Positions 9,234 to 19,783 are shown, numbered from the stretch's first letter. The stretch is 64,000 bases of DNA from Blastocatellia bacterium (GCA_963765495.1 CAVXWP010000004.1:295876-359875), one strand, 5' to 3'. The notes: generated from the letters alone by a model not told the origin. Program-made: numbers and translations.

Positions 9234-10607
9234 ATGCGAGCGCACATAGTTACATTCGGTTGTCAGATGAACGAGTATGACACGCACGCCATTCAATCGG
9301 AGCTTGCCGGAATAGGCTACTCGTTTGTCGACGACTACCACGAAGCGGACCTGGTCCTTGTCAACACCTGCGCCGTTCGCGGCAAGCCCGTAGAAAAAGC
9401 TCAGACCCTGCTTGGCGAGTTACGCAAGGAGAAGCAGGGCCGCAAAAATCTCACCATAGGTCTGATGGGCTGTCTCGCGCAGCTTCCCGAAGGCCAGCGG
9501 ATGGGTAAAAAATTCGGCGTGGATATTATGATCGGACCGGGGGCGATCACGGAGATAGTCCCGGCCATCGAGCGGGGTAAGTTTCAGTCATTCGATTTCA
9601 AAGCCGAACTTCAATTTTATTCGCCTCCTCCGCCCACAGGCTCTGTGTCGGCCCACCTGACCATAATGCGCGGGTGTAACCATCGCTGCACCTACTGTAT
9701 CGTACCCGCCACGCGCGGGCCTGAAGTCTCTCGTCCTGCCGCAGACATCATCAATGAAGCGCGGGCGCTGAAAGATGCGGGCGTGGTCGAAATCACCCTG
9801 CTCGGACAGAATGTAAACTCATACGGGATGGTCGCGGGCACAGGTTCGCGGCGCGCGCTTATAGATGGCTATCCATCATTTGCCGAGTTGCTCCGAATGG
9901 TGGCCCGCACAGGGATTCCTCGCGTCAGGTTCGTCACTTCCCATCCCGTGAATTTCGATGATGCGATAATCGAAGCCATCGCCGACAGCCCCGATGTCTG
10001 CCGCTACATCCACCTGCCAGTGCAGTCGGGGTCAAACCGCGTGCTAAAACGGATGGCGCGAGAGTACACACGCGAGTTTTATCTAGACCGCGTGGAAAAG
10101 ATTCGGCGACTGCTGCCCGATGCAACTATCTCTACCGACATTATCGCGGGTTTCCCGGGCGAAACCGATGAGGATTTTGAGGAGACGCTTTCGCTCTATC
10201 GCGAGGTCCGCTATGACGCGGCTTATATGTTTATCTATTCGGAACGCGAAGGCACGCCCGCATCTGTTCACTTCGGAGATGGTGAGCGTAGCGTCAAGGT
10301 AGAGCGACTGGGTCGGCTCATCGAACTTGCGAAAGAAATCTCTTATGAACGAAATCAGGAATGGATCGGACGCGAAGTGGAAGTCCTGATCAAGGGGCCT
10401 GCCGAAGAGGCGGGCTTTTCGCAGGGTCATACGCGCGGCAATCACGTAGCGATTGTCAAAGGGGCGCTTCGGCCCGGCTTGCATCGCGTGAGGGTCGCCC
10501 ACGCAACTCCGAATCGCCTGTATTGCGCCTCGAATGATTCCGCTATGGCTCTGCCGCCTGAGGCCAACAGGAGAAAACTCGAAGTTTTGTCGATTCCGAG
10601 CGTGTGA
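9234..10607 (+). CDS. miaB: tRNA i6A37 methylthiotransferase MiaB
   Basis: TFGCQMN, NTCAVR, GCLAQ (UPF0004 domain); radical SAM CNHRCTYC; LLGQNVNSYG; HLPVQSGS; GFPGET. Confidence 0.93.
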   Translation: MRAHIVTFGCQMNEYDTHAIQSELAGIGYSFVDDYHEADLVLVNTCAVRGKPVEKAQTLLGELRKEKQGRKNLTIGLMGCLAQLPEGQRMGKKFGVDIMIGPGAITEIVPAIERGKFQSFDFKAELQFYSPPPPTGSVSAHLTIMRGCNHRCTYCIVPATRGPEVSRPAADIINEARALKDAGVVEITLLGQNVNSYGMVAGTGSRRALIDGYPSFAELLRMVARTGIPRVRFVTSHPVNFDDAIIEAIADSPDVCRYIHLPVQSGSNRVLKRMAREYTREFYLDRVEKIRRLLPDATISTDIIAGFPGETDEDFEETLSLYREVRYDAAYMFIYSEREGTPASVHFGDGERSVKVERLGRLIELAKEISYERNQEWIGREVEVLIKGPAEEAGFSQGHTRGNHVAIVKGALRPGLHRVRVAHATPNRLYCASNDSAMALPPEANRRKLEVLSIPSV

Positions 10608-10734
10608 TTGGTACTCCTTATCCGGCCCCTGTCTTGAACGCCTGCGGATTTAGGTGATATATTGAGAACGCTCCAAAGGTGGAGAAAATAGAAGAAAGCA
10701 ATAACCAAATAAATACTCTTGCTGGGAGGTAGAG

Positions 10735-11178
10735 ATGACACAAAATGAAGGCTCACAAACATCCGAGAAACTGACTTTCTTGTTATTAGGCGCAGGCATC
10801 GGGGCGACACTGGCCCTGCTCTTCGCTCCGAAACCCGGACGCGAACTGCGAAACGACATCGCCGATTACACCAAACGCGGGATTGATGCGGCCAATGAAG
10901 GCGCTCGCGTTATCGGCGACCGCGCTACAGATATATATGACACGGGTCGCGGCAAGTTGAGTGAAGCGGTCGGGACCGCGCGCGAAAGAATCGGCCAGGG
11001 CGCCGAATCGGTTCGTGAAAAGATCGGCCAGAGCGCCGAATCGGTTTCCGAGATCGCCGCTCGTCAAAAGGAACAGATCGCTGCGGCTATCGAAGCAGGC
11101 AAGCAGGCTTATCGCGAAGAGAAACGTAAAGCCGGCGAAACCGGCGGCGGCGCTGCCGTTCAGACCGAAGAGGCGTAA
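10735..11178 (+). CDS. YtxH domain protein
   Basis: LLGAGIGATLALLFAPKPGRELR signature; internal 33-bp tandem duplication at 10981-11046. Confidence 0.88.
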   Translation: MTQNEGSQTSEKLTFLLLGAGIGATLALLFAPKPGRELRNDIADYTKRGIDAANEGARVIGDRATDIYDTGRGKLSEAVGTARERIGQGAESVREKIGQSAESVSEIAARQKEQIAAAIEAGKQAYREEKRKAGETGGGAAVQTEEA

Positions 11179-11346
11179 TCGAATCTCGCAGGTCGGCAGG
11201 CGAACATTTGACCAGTTGAGAAACAGAGTTGAGAAACAGAGCCGGGAAACGGGCGTGGCTCTTTTGCGCCGCGCCTCCCTCTTTCTAAATCACGGCCCGC
11301 ACAGAAGCTTTTGGGCAAGCCCCTTGTGTTTTGACAAGGAGGACTC

Positions 11347-11940
11347 GTGGAGCCACAGACCTTTTACACAATAGTTGCGATAGCTTCATTGATCATTGCG
11401 TTGAGCTTCATTGTCCAGATGGCGATGTTTATCTTTATCTATTCAGCCATCAAGAAACTGACGGGCGTTGCAGAGTCGGTCCAGACAAAGGTGGAACCTG
11501 TTATAGATCAGGCGAGACCCGTCATAACGCAGGTGCAAGAGACGATACTCAATGTCAAAGGAGTCGTAGACAAGATAAACGTTCAGGCAAAAGACACCTT
11601 TGACAAGGTGTCGGTTGAGACTCGCGCAATCGCGGCGGCGGTTTCGACCACCTCTCAGGAAATCACGAGCCTTGTGCATCATCAGGCCGAGCAGATTTCC
11701 TCTACGCTGGACCTTACGACCTCAACTCTGCAACGTCAGGTCATTGAGCTTGACGAGTTGCTTACGCGGACTCAGGATCGCATAGAGTACACGACCCTAG
11801 AGGTTCAAACTACCGTGATCCAGCCGATTCGCGAAGTGTCGGCATTGCTTGTCGGGATACGGCGAACGATAGAAGCTCTGGTAGGCCGCGACCGCAAACA
11901 GATCAACCAGGCATATCAAGACGAAGAGATGTTTATTTGA
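11347..11940 (+). CDS. Membrane-anchored coiled-coil protein (DUF948/YtxG-like)
   Basis: One N-terminal TM followed by amphipathic helices; RBS AGGAGG; next to ytxH. Confidence 0.65.
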   Translation: MEPQTFYTIVAIASLIIALSFIVQMAMFIFIYSAIKKLTGVAESVQTKVEPVIDQARPVITQVQETILNVKGVVDKINVQAKDTFDKVSVETRAIAAAVSTTSQEITSLVHHQAEQISSTLDLTTSTLQRQVIELDELLTRTQDRIEYTTLEVQTTVIQPIREVSALLVGIRRTIEALVGRDRKQINQAYQDEEMFI

Positions 11941-11992
11941 TCGAGCCGCCGGTCACCCGCGCGGCAGCCGGGACCAGCGATCATGCTCAACG

Positions 11993-12025
11993 GCACCTGG
12001 TTCCATTATCATAGGAGCCAGGTGC
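11993..12025 (+). terminator. Hairpin, probable terminator
   Basis: GCACCTGGTTCC...GGAGCCAGGTGC followed by T-rich sequence. Confidence 0.5.
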
Positions 12026-12042
12026 ATTGTTATTATGTTCGG

Positions 12043-12105
12043 TTTTGAATTTTGAATTTTGAGTTTTCAGAAGCCTCCGAATCTCAAATTTCAAATTTCA
12101 AATTT
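12043..12105. repeat. Inverted heptamer array (TTTTGAA)n / (TCAAATT)n
   Basis: Read directly upstream of ileS. Confidence 0.8.
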
Positions 12106-12123
12106 GATTTAGGATAAAAACAG

Positions 12124-15100
12124 ATGACGACCGAAACGCCTCTGGATTTAAAGGCAACCATAAACCTGCCCAGGACGAAATTCTCGCAGAAAGCTAACCT
12201 TACTCAGCGAGAGCCGGAACGATTGAAGCGATGGAACGAAATAGACCTCTATAGCGAGATTCGCCGCGCTCGCGCGGGCCGCCCCATGTATGTGCTGCAC
12301 GACGGGCCGCCCTATGCCAACTCAGACATCCACATCGGCACGGCGATGAACAAGATATTGAAAGACATAATCGTGAAGTCGCACGCGATGATGGGTTACG
12401 ATACGCCGTACGTTCCCGGCTATGATTGCCACGGTTTGCCAATCGAGCTTTACGTAGACAAGAAGCTCGGGGCGAAGAAGGCCCAGATGAGCCCGGTCTC
12501 GATTCGCCGCGCCTGTCGCGAGCACGCAGCAAACGCGCTCAAGCGGCAGACCCGCGACTTTCAGCGTTTAGGCGTGCTTGGCGAATGGGATAACCCTTAT
12601 TTAACGATGTCGAACGCTTACGAGGCGGAAACCGCCCGTCTGTTCGGCAGATTCGTCGAGCGGGGATATGTCTACAAGGGAGCGCGGCCCGTTTACTGGT
12701 GCATACACGATCAGACGGCGCTTGCCGAAGCCGAGGTGGAATACAAAGAGCATACTTCGCCTTCGATCTACGTCAAGTTCCCGCTGCCCGAAGATCAAGT
12801 CAATGAGCTTCAAAAGAGAATTTCAGGCGAGGGACAGGAAAAAGCACCGGCCCCCGGCTCCGCGCCGCGCGATAGCGCATCATGCGCCAGTTGGCCCCCG
12901 GCCCCCGTCTACGTGCTGATATGGACGACCACGCCTTGGACGCTTCCGGCCAATCTTGGGATCTCGGTTAATCCGAGGTTCGATTATGCGGCAGTTGATG
13001 TGGGCAACGAGGTTTACATAGTCGCGAGCGATCTTGTCGCGGCCGTGGCGGAAAAATGCGGGATAAATGAGCCTCGCGTGATAGCGCGGTTTTCAGGCAG
13101 CCTGCTTGAAGGGCTTCGGGCGCGACACGCGTGGCTTGATCGTCCGTCGCTTCTGATGGTGGGCGAACACGTCACGCTTGGCGGAGAGGCCGACGCCGAA
13201 ACGGAACTCGATGTTGCCGACGCGCAGAAAAAAGGGACGGGCAAGGCGGGGACCGGATGCGTTCATACTGCGCCCGGTCATGGTCACGACGACTTTCTGA
13301 TAGGCCAGCAGTACCGCAAAGAACTCGCGCCGGTCTATGCCGAGTTGCGCGCGGCGGGCGCGGTCTCGGGGAAGGTCGGTACTGAGGTCTATTGCCCGGT
13401 CGATAACGCGGGCCGGTTCACAAAGGAAGTGGATGGATTCGCGGGCAGGCAGGTTTTTGAGGCAAACGACGAGATAGTTGAATTCCTCAGAGACACGGGC
13501 GCGCTCCTCTATAGCGAACCCTACGCGCACCGCTATCCGCATTGCTGGCGGTGTCATAACCCGGTGATCTTCCGCGCTACGCCGCAGTGGTTTATCTCTA
13601 TGGATAGCCCCGCTGTGCCTGTTGATGACTGCTCGGAGCAATCGCTCAGAGAAGGCGCGTTGCGCGAAGTCGATAGCGTCACATGGATACCGGGATGGGG
13701 CCGCGAACGGATGCACAATATGCTTGCCGGTCGTCCCGACTGGTGCGTCTCGCGACAGAGGGTCTGGGGCGTGCCGATCCCCGTCTTTTACTGTGAGGAC
13801 TGCGGCGAATCCGTTGCAGATGCAAAGGTGATAAACCATGTGGCCGAAATCTTCGATAAAGAGACCGCCGACGCATGGTACGCGCGCGAGGCCGAATACC
13901 TGCTGCCGGAAGGCTTCAGATGTCCGAAGTGCGAAAAATCTAATTTCGCAAAAGAGATGGACATACTCGACGTGTGGTTCGATTCGGGCTCGTCTTCGCT
14001 TGCGGTTCTTGAAATAGAGCGTCACCTGCCCTGGCCTGCCGATCTTTATCTGGAAGGGCCGGATCAGTATCGAGGCTGGTTCAACTCTTCGCTGATGGTA
14101 GGCATAGCCGCGCACGACCGCGCGCCCTACAAGACCGTAATCACGCACGGGTGGACTGTTGACGGCGAAGGCAAAGCGATGCACAAATCTACCGGCAATG
14201 CCATTTCGCCAAACGAAGTCATTGACGTGAGTGGCGCTGAAATACTCAGATTGTGGGTGGCATCTTCGGATTATCGCGAAGATGTGCGGCTGTCGGAAGA
14301 GATTCTCAACCGGCTGGTTGATGCCTACAGAAAGCTCAGAAACACGGCTCGTTTCGCGCTCGGAAACCTCTTCGATTTCGATCCCGAAGGCGACAGTGTG
14401 GCTTATGAAGACATGTGGGAGATTGATCGCTGGGCGCTTGCGGCAACCGAAGAGCTTGCTCGCAAGGTGATGGAAGGATACAAACGATTCGAGTACACGA
14501 CCGTCTACCACGCGCTCTATAATTTTGCTACCGTGACGCTTTCGGCCATCTACTTCGATATCTTGAAGGACCGGCTTTACATTTACGCGCCGGGGTCCAG
14601 AGGCCGCCGCAGCGCGCAGACGGCGCTCTGCCGGATAGTAGACACCCTGGCGCGGCTTCTCGCGCCCGTGCTCGCTTTTACCGCCGACGAGATTTGGGAG
14701 AACATTCCCGGCGCTCGGGAAACATCCGTTCATATAGCCGAATTTCCAAAACTGGAAGAGCGCGCGTCAGACAAAGAATTGCTCGCGCTGTGGGCGCGGC
14801 TGATCGAAGTCCGTTCGACGGTGCAGAAATCGCTCGAAGACAAACGCAACGAGAAAGTGATAGGCGCATCGCTTGAGGCGAAAGTCATACTGCGAGCAAG
14901 CGGCGAGACGTATGATCTGCTTGAACGATACGCCGACCGGTTGCCCTCGCTATTTATCGTCTCGCAGGTTGAGCTTGAACGAGCGGAATCGGATACAATT
15001 GAGATTGCCGTAGAGCGCGCCGCCGGGACGAAGTGCGAGCGGTGCTGGAACTATTCGGATACCGTGGGCAAAGACCCACGCTATCCGACGCTCGATGAGC

Positions 15101-15156
15101 GGTGTATCCGCCAGATAGAAGAAGGCTGGGGAGAATTATGGCAACTTCAAAACTAG
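12124..15156 (+). CDS. ileS: Isoleucine--tRNA ligase (type 1)
   Basis: LHDGPPYAN, GYDCHGLPIE, WTTTPWTLPAN, GTGCVHTAPGHG, DWCVSRQRVWG, DVWFDSG, C-terminal KCERCW zinc finger; followed by lspA. Confidence 0.97.
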   Translation: MTTETPLDLKATINLPRTKFSQKANLTQREPERLKRWNEIDLYSEIRRARAGRPMYVLHDGPPYANSDIHIGTAMNKILKDIIVKSHAMMGYDTPYVPGYDCHGLPIELYVDKKLGAKKAQMSPVSIRRACREHAANALKRQTRDFQRLGVLGEWDNPYLTMSNAYEAETARLFGRFVERGYVYKGARPVYWCIHDQTALAEAEVEYKEHTSPSIYVKFPLPEDQVNELQKRISGEGQEKAPAPGSAPRDSASCASWPPAPVYVLIWTTTPWTLPANLGISVNPRFDYAAVDVGNEVYIVASDLVAAVAEKCGINEPRVIARFSGSLLEGLRARHAWLDRPSLLMVGEHVTLGGEADAETELDVADAQKKGTGKAGTGCVHTAPGHGHDDFLIGQQYRKELAPVYAELRAAGAVSGKVGTEVYCPVDNAGRFTKEVDGFAGRQVFEANDEIVEFLRDTGALLYSEPYAHRYPHCWRCHNPVIFRATPQWFISMDSPAVPVDDCSEQSLREGALREVDSVTWIPGWGRERMHNMLAGRPDWCVSRQRVWGVPIPVFYCEDCGESVADAKVINHVAEIFDKETADAWYAREAEYLLPEGFRCPKCEKSNFAKEMDILDVWFDSGSSSLAVLEIERHLPWPADLYLEGPDQYRGWFNSSLMVGIAAHDRAPYKTVITHGWTVDGEGKAMHKSTGNAISPNEVIDVSGAEILRLWVASSDYREDVRLSEEILNRLVDAYRKLRNTARFALGNLFDFDPEGDSVAYEDMWEIDRWALAATEELARKVMEGYKRFEYTTVYHALYNFATVTLSAIYFDILKDRLYIYAPGSRGRRSAQTALCRIVDTLARLLAPVLAFTADEIWENIPGARETSVHIAEFPKLEERASDKELLALWARLIEVRSTVQKSLEDKRNEKVIGASLEAKVILRASGETYDLLERYADRLPSLFIVSQVELERAESDTIEIAVERAAGTKCERCWNYSDTVGKDPRYPTLDERCIRQIEEGWGELWQLQN

Positions 15157-15407
15157 ACAGGGTTCTGGAAGAAGTGAAGAGACTAACGTTCGATGAACAA
15201 ATTCAGTTGCGCGAGATACTTGACGAATTGCTTGAACCAGTGAGAGCACCGATGACCGAGGAGGAATTCGAGCAGAAGCTCCTGGAGAATGGAGTTATCT
15301 GTCATATTCCCCCCCCGATTACGGACCTTACACCCTACAATAGCCGAAAGCTAATCAAGGTAACAGGCAAACCTTTGTCTGAAACAATTCTGGAGGAGCG
15401 CCGATAG
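15138..15407 (+). CDS. Putative antitoxin (VapB-like)
   Basis: 89 aa from ATG 15138, ends GKPLSETILEERR; stop directly abuts the PIN gene start. Confidence 0.7.
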   Translation: MATSKLDRVLEEVKRLTFDEQIQLREILDELLEPVRAPMTEEEFEQKLLENGVICHIPPPITDLTPYNSRKLIKVTGKPLSETILEERR

Positions 15408-15869
15408 ATGGCTGTCTTTTTCTTCGACAGCAGCGCTATAGTCAAGCGATATGCGGGCGAAACCGGATCAGACCATGTGAAGGATTTAACGGATCCGGGT
15501 GCAGGCAATCTCATTTATCTTGCGGGCATTACGGAAGTAGAAGTGATTTCCGCCATCGCCCGGCGAAAACGTGAGCAAAGTTTGACGGAATCAGATGCGC
15601 AGATTGGAATCGAGATGTTTAGCGATGATCTAATCAATCAATACAGAATTATTGCTATAACAAACGAATTGATCAGCCGAGCAGCGATACTTGTGCAGAC
15701 GCATATCCTGCGCGCATACGATGCAGTACAACTGGCTGCTGCATTACAAATCAGTAGATTCTATGCAGGACGAATGCACTTCATCACATTTGTGTCATCT
15801 GATCCACCATTAAATAAGGCTGCTCTCGTGGAAGGCTTAACGGTGGATGATCCCAATAGTCATCCATAA
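15408..15869 (+). CDS. vapC: Type II toxin-antitoxin VapC/PIN-domain toxin
   Basis: FFDSSAIVKRY..E, LRAYDAVQLAAA, FVSSD..L..AA..EGL. Confidence 0.9.
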   Translation: MAVFFFDSSAIVKRYAGETGSDHVKDLTDPGAGNLIYLAGITEVEVISAIARRKREQSLTESDAQIGIEMFSDDLINQYRIIAITNELISRAAILVQTHILRAYDAVQLAAALQISRFYAGRMHFITFVSSDPPLNKAALVEGLTVDDPNSHP

Positions 15870-15888
15870 TGGGAGGTAAGCAAGCCTG

Positions 15889-16452
15889 ATGAGTTCAGAG
15901 GCAGTTAGCGCCAACACGGGCACGGGCAAGCTCTGGTACATGATCGTCACCGCCTTTGTGCTGGTGCTCGACCAGTTTACAAAGTACTGGGTTTCGATGT
16001 CTCTCAGAGAGGGCGACGAGATAGATGTCATCCGGGGTTTTTTAAAGATCAGCTATACCGAAAATCCCGGCATCGCCTTCGGGGTATTTGGCAGCGGCCA
16101 GTTACGCTGGCTGCTGGTAGCGGTTTCAGTCACGGCGATAGTAGTCGTGATCTTTTACCTGATGCGCACGCCCTCGTCAAACAGCCTCTTGTTGTGGTCG
16201 CTCGCGTTGCTTGCGGCCGGGATTTGCGGCAACCTGATTGATCGCATCCAACTGGGCCGTGTGATAGACTTTATCGAGGTGTATTACAGAAGTTATCACT
16301 GGCCGGTCTTCAACGTAGCCGATACGGCTATAACCATCGGCGCGGCCTTGATGGCCATAGAGTTGTTTCTCTCTCCTCAGCCCGCGAAAGCAACCGATGA
16401 GGAGGGAGGCGAATCTCCTATATTGGAGACCAATGAGAGTTCCGAACCCTGA
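15889..16452 (+). CDS. lspA: Signal peptidase II
   Basis: LDQFTK, NPGIAFG, GNLIDR, VIDFI, WPVFNVAD. Confidence 0.96.
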   Translation: MSSEAVSANTGTGKLWYMIVTAFVLVLDQFTKYWVSMSLREGDEIDVIRGFLKISYTENPGIAFGVFGSGQLRWLLVAVSVTAIVVVIFYLMRTPSSNSLLLWSLALLAAGICGNLIDRIQLGRVIDFIEVYYRSYHWPVFNVADTAITIGAALMAIELFLSPQPAKATDEEGGESPILETNESSEP

Positions 16453-16507
16453 GCGATGATCGTTTTTTTCAGATCGGACATAGGGATTCAGGACTCAGGA
16501 AGTAGAT

Positions 16508-17326
16508 ATGTTACCAGAGCTTTTCAGGATACCCGGTCTCGACTGGCCGGTTTCGACTTACGGCCTGTTGCTTGCCATCGGCTTTATTCTGGCATTATGG
16601 ATAATCGCCCGACTCGCGGAGCAGGACGGGCTGCCAAAGAACAGGATTTACGACCTGGGCCTCTACATTCTGGCATCGGCGCTTATAGGCGCAAAGGTGC
16701 TGATGGTCATCACGGAATGGAACGAATTTGGCGACTGGCGTCGGGTCTTTTCGCTCGATGTTTTACGTTCGGGCGGGGTCTATTTCGGCGGATTTCTGAT
16801 AGCAGTGGCAGTGAGCATAATCCTGATGCGAATGTGGCATCTGCCCTGGCGCAAGACAGCAGACGCCTTTGCGCCCGGGATTGCGCTTGGCCACGCGGTC
16901 GGGCGGCTGGGTTGTTTTTCAGCCGGGTGTTGCTGGGGCAAGCCTACTACTTCGTGGATCGGGGTGAAGTTTACCGAAAAGGCAAACGAGTTGACGGGCG
17001 TGCCCATTGACGTGGCGCTGGTGCCTACGCAATTGATCGAAGCCTTGGCAAACGCCTTGATATTCGTCTTCCTGTTGTGGCTGCGGAAGCGGCGGGCCTT
17101 TGACGGCCAGATCATTTTCGCTTATCTGATGGTCTATTCCGTAGCGCGATTCACAATCGAATTCTGGCGCGATGACCCGCGAGGATGGGTCTTTGGGCTT
17201 TCTACCTCGCAATTCATATCGCTGCTCATATTCCCTCTCGCGCTCGCCTTGATGTTGTATTACCGGCGGCGCAGTCAGACGCAAAAGCTTGCCCCGCATA
17301 CGGATGTGGCAGCGCAAGCATCTTAA
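16508..17326 (+). CDS. lgt: Prolipoprotein diacylglyceryl transferase
   Basis: YG motif, GRLGCF..GCCWG, PTQL, RFTIEFWR; multiple TM segments. Confidence 0.93.
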   Translation: MLPELFRIPGLDWPVSTYGLLLAIGFILALWIIARLAEQDGLPKNRIYDLGLYILASALIGAKVLMVITEWNEFGDWRRVFSLDVLRSGGVYFGGFLIAVAVSIILMRMWHLPWRKTADAFAPGIALGHAVGRLGCFSAGCCWGKPTTSWIGVKFTEKANELTGVPIDVALVPTQLIEALANALIFVFLLWLRKRRAFDGQIIFAYLMVYSVARFTIEFWRDDPRGWVFGLSTSQFISLLIFPLALALMLYYRRRSQTQKLAPHTDVAAQAS

Positions 17327-17414
17327 GTGATACGTGATTCGTGATTATCAGGCATTTGCCTGTCGATAGATTCATAGCTTACTTCACGAATCACGCGTCA
17401 AGTATCACGTATCA
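17327..17414. repeat. CGTGA/TCACG heptamer-flanked element, copy with conserved core
   Basis: Core 17341-17387 aligns with 24098-24144 and with the reverse complement of 3131-3177. Confidence 0.88.
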
Positions 17415-17419
17415 TCATA

Positions 17420-18373
17420 GTGACTTCCAATGAAGCGCAATTACTCACCGTTGGCGAAGAGGCGGCAGGCACGCGCCTCGATTCCTTCCTTGCCTCCTCG
17501 ATAAACGACCTCAGTCGCACTCGAATACAGAGGGCCATCGAAGATGGCGACGTTCTGGTAAATGACCGCGCTGTAAAATCGAGCTATCGCGTGAGCGCGG
17601 GCGATCAGATCGAAATGGATTTGCCCGAACCGCCCGTGGTTCAGATCGCGGCTGAGGATATACGGATTCAGGTCGTCTTTGAAGACGATGATTTGATAGT
17701 TGTCGATAAGCCTGCCGGTATGGTTGTGCACCCCGGGGCAGGTATCGAATCGGGAACGCTTGCAAACGCGCTCGTCTATCATTTCAACAGACTCTCAGAG
17801 ACTGCTGGGCGCACAAGACCCGGCATCGTCCACCGCATTGATAAAGAGACCTCGGGGTTGCTGGTCGTGGCCAAAAACGATGTCGCGCACGAAAGGCTGT
17901 CTGACCAGTTTCGGGACCGCAACGTGTATAAGATGTATCTGGCGCTGGTCTATGGGCGTATGTCTCAGGAGCGGGGCGAAATCGAAGCGCGCCTCGGTCG
18001 CAGCCCGCACAACCGTACTCGCATGACGGTGCTTCGCGGAGGCGCGGGCCGCGCGGCCCACACTATCTTTGAGGCAGCCGACCGGTTCCAGGAGTTCACG
18101 CTCGTCAAGGTCTGGATCAAGACCGGGCGCACCCATCAGATCCGCGTTCACCTCGCCCACATAGGCCACCCGGTTGTCGGAGATTCCACCTACGGGCAGG
18201 GGCGTGAGAATTCGATAAGAAACCCGGTTATCAAGAGAGAGATCAAGGCGCTCGGACGCCACTTTTTGCACTCCGCACAGTTGGGATTCAATCATCCAAA
18301 AAGCAGGGAGCGGCTTGAATTCTCATCCCCGCTACCGGCAGAGCTTACGACGTTTCTGTCGCTGTTGGAGTAA
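17420..18373 (+). CDS. rluD: RluA/RluD family pseudouridine synthase
   Basis: N-terminal S4 domain; DKPAGMVVHP, RPGIVHRIDKETSG, TGRTHQIRVH. Confidence 0.9.
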   Translation: MTSNEAQLLTVGEEAAGTRLDSFLASSINDLSRTRIQRAIEDGDVLVNDRAVKSSYRVSAGDQIEMDLPEPPVVQIAAEDIRIQVVFEDDDLIVVDKPAGMVVHPGAGIESGTLANALVYHFNRLSETAGRTRPGIVHRIDKETSGLLVVAKNDVAHERLSDQFRDRNVYKMYLALVYGRMSQERGEIEARLGRSPHNRTRMTVLRGGAGRAAHTIFEAADRFQEFTLVKVWIKTGRTHQIRVHLAHIGHPVVGDSTYGQGRENSIRNPVIKREIKALGRHFLHSAQLGFNHPKSRERLEFSSPLPAELTTFLSLLE

Positions 18374-18497
18374 AGGGATTCCAGCTTTCGCTTGGACTAT
18401 TGCTCTAAAACATGGTTTACTTTGTAAACTCTGGGGCGATTTCACTCAGGGGCTCCATCAATACAGTTCATAAACAGTGCCAATATAGGAATTTGTC

Positions 18498-19763
18498 ATG
18501 AACGATGATTCAATCGCACGGCGAGATTTTCTCAAAAGCGCGGCGGCTGCCGTCATGCTCCTCTTCACAGAAGAAGAGTTGCTGGCCGCAAAGATTTTAC
18601 AGGACACGCCGCCGCCCGGCCCCCCGGTCAAATTCGGAGTCATTGGGCTGGGCCAGTGGGGGAAAGAGATACTCTCTGCGTTGTCGCGGCTGCCCTCTGC
18701 TGAGGTCACAGCCATCTGTGACACCTATGAGCCGTACATCAAGAAGGGGCAAGAGATCGCCCCGAAGGCCACCGCCGTTACGGATTATCGAAAACTCATT
18801 GAGTCACCCGATGTCGAAGCCGTAATTGTGGCGACTCCATCGCATCTTCATAAAGAGATAGCGATTGCCGCCCTTCAGGCCGGGAAGCATCTCTATTGCG
18901 AAGCGCCGCTCGCATCGACGGTCGAAGAGGCGAAGGCTATCGCGCAGGCCGGGCTTCAGGCATCGAAGAAGATTTTTCAAACGGGGCTTCAGGGGCGTTC
19001 GAACACGCTCTATAAGCACATTTTGCAGTTCGTCAAATCGGGAGTCCTCGGCACGCCCGCTCAGGTCACGGCCCAGTGGAACAAGAAACAGAGCTGGCGG
19101 CGTGTGGCTCCTACTCCCGCGCGCGAGCAGGAGTTGAACTGGAGGTTGTCTACAAAGACATCATCCGGTCTTGTGGGCGAGGCAGGGATTCACAACATCG
19201 ATCTGGCAAGCTGGTATCTGAAAGCATTGCCTACGGCAGTGACCGGATTCGGCTCGGTAGTCAACTGGAAAGACGGGCGCGACGTGCCCGATACGGTGCA
19301 GTGCATATTCGATTATCCGAAAGATGTGCGGATGATCTTTTCGTCAACTCTGGTAAGTTCGTTCAGCGATGCCTACACGCTGTTTCAAGGAAGCAATAGC
19401 AGTCTGATGATGCGCGAGAAACGCGGATGGATGATAAAGGAATCCGATTCGCCTCTGCTCGGATGGGAAGTCTACGCCAGGAAAGAGCCCGTCCATAACG
19501 AGACGGGAATCGCTATGGTCGCCGATGCGACAAAGATACTGGCGGCAGGCAAAGACCCGGGCAAGGAAGGCTCGGCCGAGCCTACACACGACGCGCTTTA
19601 TTACGCGCTCGAAGATTTCACCCGCAGCATTCGAGAAGAAAAGCCCTCGGTTTGCGGGCCGGAAGAAGGTTATCAGGCGGCGGTCGTGGCCATCAAAGCA
19701 AACGAGGCGGTGCTATCGGGCGCAAAGGTCGCCTATCAACAGACATGGTTCGATCTCAAATAA
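18498..19763 (+). CDS. Gfo/Idh/MocA family oxidoreductase with Tat-like signal
   Basis: ARRDFLK; GLGQWG Rossmann motif; ATPSHLH; GKHLYCEAP (EKP variant). Confidence 0.88.
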   Translation: MNDDSIARRDFLKSAAAAVMLLFTEEELLAAKILQDTPPPGPPVKFGVIGLGQWGKEILSALSRLPSAEVTAICDTYEPYIKKGQEIAPKATAVTDYRKLIESPDVEAVIVATPSHLHKEIAIAALQAGKHLYCEAPLASTVEEAKAIAQAGLQASKKIFQTGLQGRSNTLYKHILQFVKSGVLGTPAQVTAQWNKKQSWRRVAPTPAREQELNWRLSTKTSSGLVGEAGIHNIDLASWYLKALPTAVTGFGSVVNWKDGRDVPDTVQCIFDYPKDVRMIFSSTLVSSFSDAYTLFQGSNSSLMMREKRGWMIKESDSPLLGWEVYARKEPVHNETGIAMVADATKILAAGKDPGKEGSAEPTHDALYYALEDFTRSIREEKPSVCGPEEGYQAAVVAIKANEAVLSGAKVAYQQTWFDLK

Positions 19764-19783
19764 ACCCAAGGAGAGCTATCATC

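Noticed and set aside
13093-14733. 546-aa minus-strand ORF and other long antisense ORFs (e.g. 25864-26832, 20297-21082)
   Set aside because: They lie opposite well-supported genes and have no motifs; expected in GC-rich coding DNA.
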